Shown here piece after piece: positions 50,512-55,583 of a stretch of DNA of 55,583 nt (within the stretch, counting starts at the first letter, position 1; every line of letters starts with the position of its first letter). The notes below the pieces were generated by a model that saw only the letters and a list, made by a program, of their open reading frames with translations, did not search any database and was not told the DNA's origin. The position numbers and the translations under genes were made by a program. This DNA is from Rhodocyclaceae bacterium (GTDB lineage: Bacteria; Pseudomonadota; Gammaproteobacteria; Burkholderiales; Rhodocyclaceae). Where the stretch lies: NCBI GenBank assembly GCA_030680085.1, contig JAUXWU010000012.1, positions 1-55,583 of the forward strand, written 5' to 3'.

Positions 50512-51290
50512 TGGAAGCGCGCGAAGAAAGTTTTATTTCCCACCTGGTCGAATTGCGTGACCGGTTGATCCGCGTCCTGGTGGTGATGCTGGTGATTTTT
50601 CTCGGCCTCGTCCATTGGGCGCGGGACATTTACTCGCTGCTGGCGGCGCCCATGCTGGCTGCCTTGCCCGAGGGCGGTCACATGATCGCCACCGATGTGG
50701 TCGGCGCCTTTTTCGTGCCGATCAAGGTGACCATGATGGTTGCCTTTCTGATCGCGCTGCCCTATGTGCTGCATCAGGCCTGGTCCTTTGTCGCGCCGGG
50801 CCTCTACGCCCACGAGAAAAAACTCGCCGTGCCGCTGCTGTTTGCCAGTGTCGTGTTGTTCTTCATCGGCATGGCTTTCGCTTATTTCATCGTTTTTCCG
50901 ACGGTGTTCACCTTCATCAACGCATTCGCTCCGGAAGGGGTGGCGGTGATGACGGATATCGAAAAATACCTTTCCTTCGTCCTGACGACCTTCATGGCTT
51001 TTGGCGTCACTTTCGAGGTGCCGGTGGTGGTGATCGTGTTGGTGCGGGTGGGCCTGGTGACGGTGGAGAAACTCAAGGAAATCCGCCCCTACTTCATTGT
51101 CGGCGCCTTCGTGGTCGGCGCCATCTTCACGCCGCCCGACGTGCTCTCGCAATTCATGCTGGCCGTGCCGATGTGGCTGCTCTACGAGCTGGGTATTCTC
51201 ATGGCGCAACTGATCGGCAAATCCGACCGCGCCGCTGACGGCGCCTATCGGCCCGCCCCTCCCGACCTCCCCTCGCGGGGAGGTGACTGA
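50511..51290 (+). CDS. tatC: Tat translocase TatC
   Basis: SHLVELRDRL, PGLYAHEKK, FEVP, TPPD. Confidence 0.97.
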   Translation: MEAREESFISHLVELRDRLIRVLVVMLVIFLGLVHWARDIYSLLAAPMLAALPEGGHMIATDVVGAFFVPIKVTMMVAFLIALPYVLHQAWSFVAPGLYAHEKKLAVPLLFASVVLFFIGMAFAYFIVFPTVFTFINAFAPEGVAVMTDIEKYLSFVLTTFMAFGVTFEVPVVVIVLVRVGLVTVEKLKEIRPYFIVGAFVVGAIFTPPDVLSQFMLAVPMWLLYELGILMAQLIGKSDRAADGAYRPAPPDLPSRGGD

Positions 51291-51294
51291 GGCT

Positions 51295-51395
51295 CGCTAC
51301 GCTCGTTCGTTACGGGGCGCTACGTGGTGATTTTGGCGCGGATTGCGGCTGGCGCCGCGTGCCGCCTTTCCTTGGGGCGGCCCGGCGGAAAGGCT
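51295..51395. repeat. Degenerate second copy of the kdsD-kdsC intergenic element
   Basis: ccttggggcggcccggcgg (51370-51388) is the exact reverse complement of 12400-12418. Confidence 0.55.
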
Positions 51396-51407
51396 ACTTC
51401 GCCGGAA

Positions 51408-52574
51408 CTAGCGCGGCGAGTTGGGTGGCTTGGGCCGCTTGCCGATGGTCACTGTCACTTCCTGCGGCTTGCCCGCGCGGTTCAGGCCGAAGCGCGCGGG
51501 TTCGCCCGGGGGCAGCGCGGCGATCAGGTCGAGCATGACCTGGGCGTCTTTCACCGGCTGGTTGCCGACCGTCAGCAGCACGTCGCCCGGCTTGATGCCG
51601 GCTTTGTCGGCCGGACTGCCGCGCATGACGCCCGCGATCAGGGCGCCCTGGCCCAGCTTGACGCCGAAGGATTCGGCCAGTTCTTGTGTCATGTCCTGCA
51701 CCTCGACGCCGATCCAGCCGCGCGTTACCGAGCCGGTCTTGATGATCTGCTCCATCACACTTTTCGCCAGCGACACCGGAATGGCGAAGCCGATGCCCAT
51801 CGAACCGCCGCTTTGCGAGTAGATGGCGGTGTTGATGCCGACCAGGCGACCGTTGCTGTCGACCAGGGCGCCGCCGGAATTGCCCGGATTGATGGCGGCA
51901 TCGGTCTGGATGAAATTCTCGAAGGTGTTGATGCCCAGATGGGTGCGGCCCAGCGCCGAGACGATCCCCGAGGTGACCGTCTGACCGACGCCGAAAGGAT
52001 TGCCGATGGCGAGCACCACGTCACCGATGCGCAGCGATTCCGCCGCGGCGAGCGTAATTGGCGCGAGCGGCGTGTCGGTGATGATTTTCAGGACGGCCAG
52101 ATCGGATTCCGGGTCGGCGCCGACGATCTTGGCCTTGGTCTTGCGGCCATCGTGAAAGGCGACCTCGATCTCGTCGGCGGATTCGACGACGTGATTATTG
52201 GTCAGCACCAAGCCGTCGGCCGAAACAATCACGCCGCTGCCCAGGCCTGACTGGCGCTGGCTGTCTGGGCCGAAACGGTCGCCGAAAAAGTGACGGAACA
52301 CCGGGTCGTTGATGAAGGGATGCTGCTGTCGCCGCACCTCCTGGCTGGTGAAGATATGCACCACCGCTGGCAGCGCCGCCTGGGCGGCGTCGGCGTAGGT
52401 GACCACCTTGCGCGAATCCCCGGCGGGCGTGGCCTGCTGGACGGCAATGACGGCCGGGCCATTCATTTCATGGGGGCGGGACGGTAGCCAGTCCGGCTTG
52501 AGCGTCTGGACGACAAACAGCGCGGCGACGCTGACCGTCACGGCCTGGGCAAAAATGAGCCACAATCTACGCAT
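51408..52574 (-). CDS. HtrA/DegS/DegQ-family serine protease with one PDZ domain
   Basis: GSGVI, TNNHV, QTDAAINPGNSGG. Confidence 0.95.
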   Translation of the reverse strand: MRRLWLIFAQAVTVSVAALFVVQTLKPDWLPSRPHEMNGPAVIAVQQATPAGDSRKVVTYADAAQAALPAVVHIFTSQEVRRQQHPFINDPVFRHFFGDRFGPDSQRQSGLGSGVIVSADGLVLTNNHVVESADEIEVAFHDGRKTKAKIVGADPESDLAVLKIITDTPLAPITLAAAESLRIGDVVLAIGNPFGVGQTVTSGIVSALGRTHLGINTFENFIQTDAAINPGNSGGALVDSNGRLVGINTAIYSQSGGSMGIGFAIPVSLAKSVMEQIIKTGSVTRGWIGVEVQDMTQELAESFGVKLGQGALIAGVMRGSPADKAGIKPGDVLLTVGNQPVKDAQVMLDLIAALPPGEPARFGLNRAGKPQEVTVTIGKRPKPPNSPR

Positions 52575-52600
52575 AAATGAACTTTGAAAAGGAGAGAAGG

Positions 52601-53347
52601 ATGTTGCGCGACGAATTGGGCGCTTACATGGATGGTTTGCTGGAAACGGCGCGCTTCAAGGATTATTGCCCAAACGGGCTGCAAGTGGAAGGACGCGGCG
52701 AAGTGCGCCGCATCGTCTGCGGCGTTACCGCCAGTCAGGCGTTGATCGATGCGGCGCTGGAGCGTTCAGCCGATGCGATCCTGGTGCATCACGGCTGGTT
52801 CTGGAAGGGCGAGGATGGCCGGGTGACCGGTTTTCGCAAACGCCGCATGCAGGCCTTGCTGGCCGCTGACATCAACCTGTACGCCTATCACCTGCCGCTC
52901 GACGCGCATCCCGAACTGGGCAACAATGCGCAACTGGCGGCGCGTTTTGGCTGGACCGTCGAACGTCGCTTTGGCGAACATGAACTGGGCTGCCTCGCCG
53001 TCCTGCCAGCGCCGACTTTTGCGGGGGCGGTGGCCCGGGCGGCGGAACAGATTCTGGGTCGCGCGCCACTCCTGATCGGAGACGCCCAGCGGCCGGTGAG
53101 TCGCGTTGCCTGGTGCAGCGGTGGTGCACAAGATTGGTTCGAGGCGGCGATCAACGCCGGGGCCGATATGTTCATTTCCGGCGAAGCCGCAGAACAGACG
53201 ACGCATCTGGCGCGCGAATGCGGGGTGCCCTATCTCGCGGCCGGACATCATGCCACCGAGCGCTATGGCGTGATGGCGCTGGGGAAGCACCTGGCCGAGC
53301 GCTTCGGCCTGGTATGCGATTATGTCGAGCTCGACAACCCGGTTTAA
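52601..53347 (+). CDS. Nif3-like dinuclear metal-centre protein (YbgI family)
   Basis: [31 protein letters not shown]. Confidence 0.93.
   Translation: MLRDELGAYMDGLLETARFKDYCPNGLQVEGRGEVRRIVCGVTASQALIDAALERSADAILVHHGWFWKGEDGRVTGFRKRRMQALLAADINLYAYHLPLDAHPELGNNAQLAARFGWTVERRFGEHELGCLAVLPAPTFAGAVARAAEQILGRAPLLIGDAQRPVSRVAWCSGGAQDWFEAAINAGADMFISGEAAEQTTHLARECGVPYLAAGHHATERYGVMALGKHLAERFGLVCDYVELDNPV
52996..53020 (-). repeat. Dispersed motif copy 14, antisense in the Nif3-like gene (AVLPAPTF)
   Basis: cgccgtcctgccagcgccgactttt. Confidence 0.92.
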
Positions 53348-53356
53348 GGAAGATCA

Positions 53357-54523
<1,167 letters not shown>

Positions 54524-54534
54524 GGGATACGAGC

Positions 54535-55422
54535 ATGAGCATTCTGATCAATAAAGACACCCGGGTCGTCACCCAGGGCATTACTGGCAAGACCGGCCAG
54601 TTCCACACCAAGATGTGCAAGGAGTACGCCAATGGCGCGAACTGTTTCGTGGCCGGCGTGAACCCGAAGAAGCCCGGCGAATCCTACGAAGGCATCCCGA
54701 TTTTCGCCTCCGTGAAGGAAGCAAAGCAGCAGACTGGCGTCAATGCTTCGGTCATCTATGTGCCGCCGCCCTTTGCCGCCGCGGCGATTTGGGAGGCGGT
54801 GGAGGCGGAATTGGATCTGGTCATTTGCATCACAGAGGGCATTCCGGCGCGGGACATGGTCGAGGTGAAGGAAAAGATGCGCAAGGCCGGCTCGAAAACC
54901 GTCCTGTGCGGGCCGAACTGCCCGGGCATCATTTCGCGGTACGAGATCAAGATCGGCATGTTGCCCGGACACATTCACATGAAGGGCCGCATCGGCGTGG
55001 TGTCGCGCTCGGGCACCCTGACCTACGAGGCTGTCGGGCAACTCTCCGATCTGGGGCTGGGCCAGTCGACGGCGGTGGGTATTGGCGGCGACCCAGTGAA
55101 TGGGCTGAAGCACAAGGACGTGCTCGAACTGTTTATGAACGACCCGGACACCGACGCCGTCATCATGATCGGCGAGATCGGCGGCTCGGACGAGGAGGCT
55201 GCCGCAGAGTGGTATGCCAAGGAGTGCAAGAACAAGAAACCGGTCGTGGGTTTCATCGCAGGCGTCACCGCGCCGGCCGGCAAGCGTATGGGCCATGCCG
55301 GCGCCATCATTTCCGGCGGCAAGGGAACGGCGCAGGAGAAACTGGTGGTCATGGAAACTTGTGGCATCAGGACCACAAAGAACCCGGCCGAAATGGGCAA
55401 GCTGTTGAAGTCGGTGATCTAA
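54535..55422 (+). CDS. sucD: Succinyl-CoA synthetase alpha subunit
   Basis: [27 protein letters not shown] (phospho-His). Confidence 0.94.
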   Translation: MSILINKDTRVVTQGITGKTGQFHTKMCKEYANGANCFVAGVNPKKPGESYEGIPIFASVKEAKQQTGVNASVIYVPPPFAAAAIWEAVEAELDLVICITEGIPARDMVEVKEKMRKAGSKTVLCGPNCPGIISRYEIKIGMLPGHIHMKGRIGVVSRSGTLTYEAVGQLSDLGLGQSTAVGIGGDPVNGLKHKDVLELFMNDPDTDAVIMIGEIGGSDEEAAAEWYAKECKNKKPVVGFIAGVTAPAGKRMGHAGAIISGGKGTAQEKLVVMETCGIRTTKNPAEMGKLLKSVI

Positions 55423-55440
55423 GCTTCATATGCAACCACA

Positions 55441-55473
55441 ACAGCGCCGCCTTTCGGGGCGGCGTTGTCGTTT
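55441..55473 (+). terminator. Probable terminator after sucD
   Basis: acagcgccgcc-tttcg-gggcggcgttgt followed by cgttt. Confidence 0.7.
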
Positions 55474-55583
55474 GGCGGGGGCTGGCATAGGACGACGGAC
55501 CAAACATGTGTAAAGATTTTCGCCCTATTTCCTGACAGAGAAATATTTGACTGTCTTCATGTTTGCCTGTAAGAATAGCTATT

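Noticed and set aside
55500-55583. Possible enhancer or promoter motifs at the window end (tgtaaagatttt..., ttgact)
   Set aside because: The downstream gene is outside the window and the matches are too weak to call.

Overview
GC-rich chromosomal window, probably from a betaproteobacterium (Rhodocyclales/Sterolibacteriaceae-like, inferred only from gene content and order). It holds two paralogous MSHA/T2SS-like type IV filament clusters: cluster 1 at 1-9779 (+) and cluster 2 at 16701-35741 (mostly -). Cluster 2 has a sigma54-driven pilin, a PrsK/PrsR-like two-component pair and a lectin-like tip protein. Housekeeping loci are phasin, lptA-lptC-kdsC-kdsD, a Kef-type antiporter, mlaFEDACB-bolA-murA, the his genes, tatABC, a DegQ-like protease, a Nif3-like gene and sucCD. 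Accessory content comprises a GSU2403-like nucleotidyltransferase, an AAA_14/DUF4143 ATPase, an adenylate-cyclase remnant, and two TA pairs beside an inverted hisC. The most striking unexplained signal is a non-palindromic ~23-26 bp motif, AAAAGTCGGCGCTGGCRGGACGGCG. I found 14 copies by eye, 7 per strand, both intergenic and inside genes in several reading frames, including an insertion in MurA. This pattern resembles a DNA uptake sequence. All product calls rest on recognised motifs and synteny; no database searches were run.
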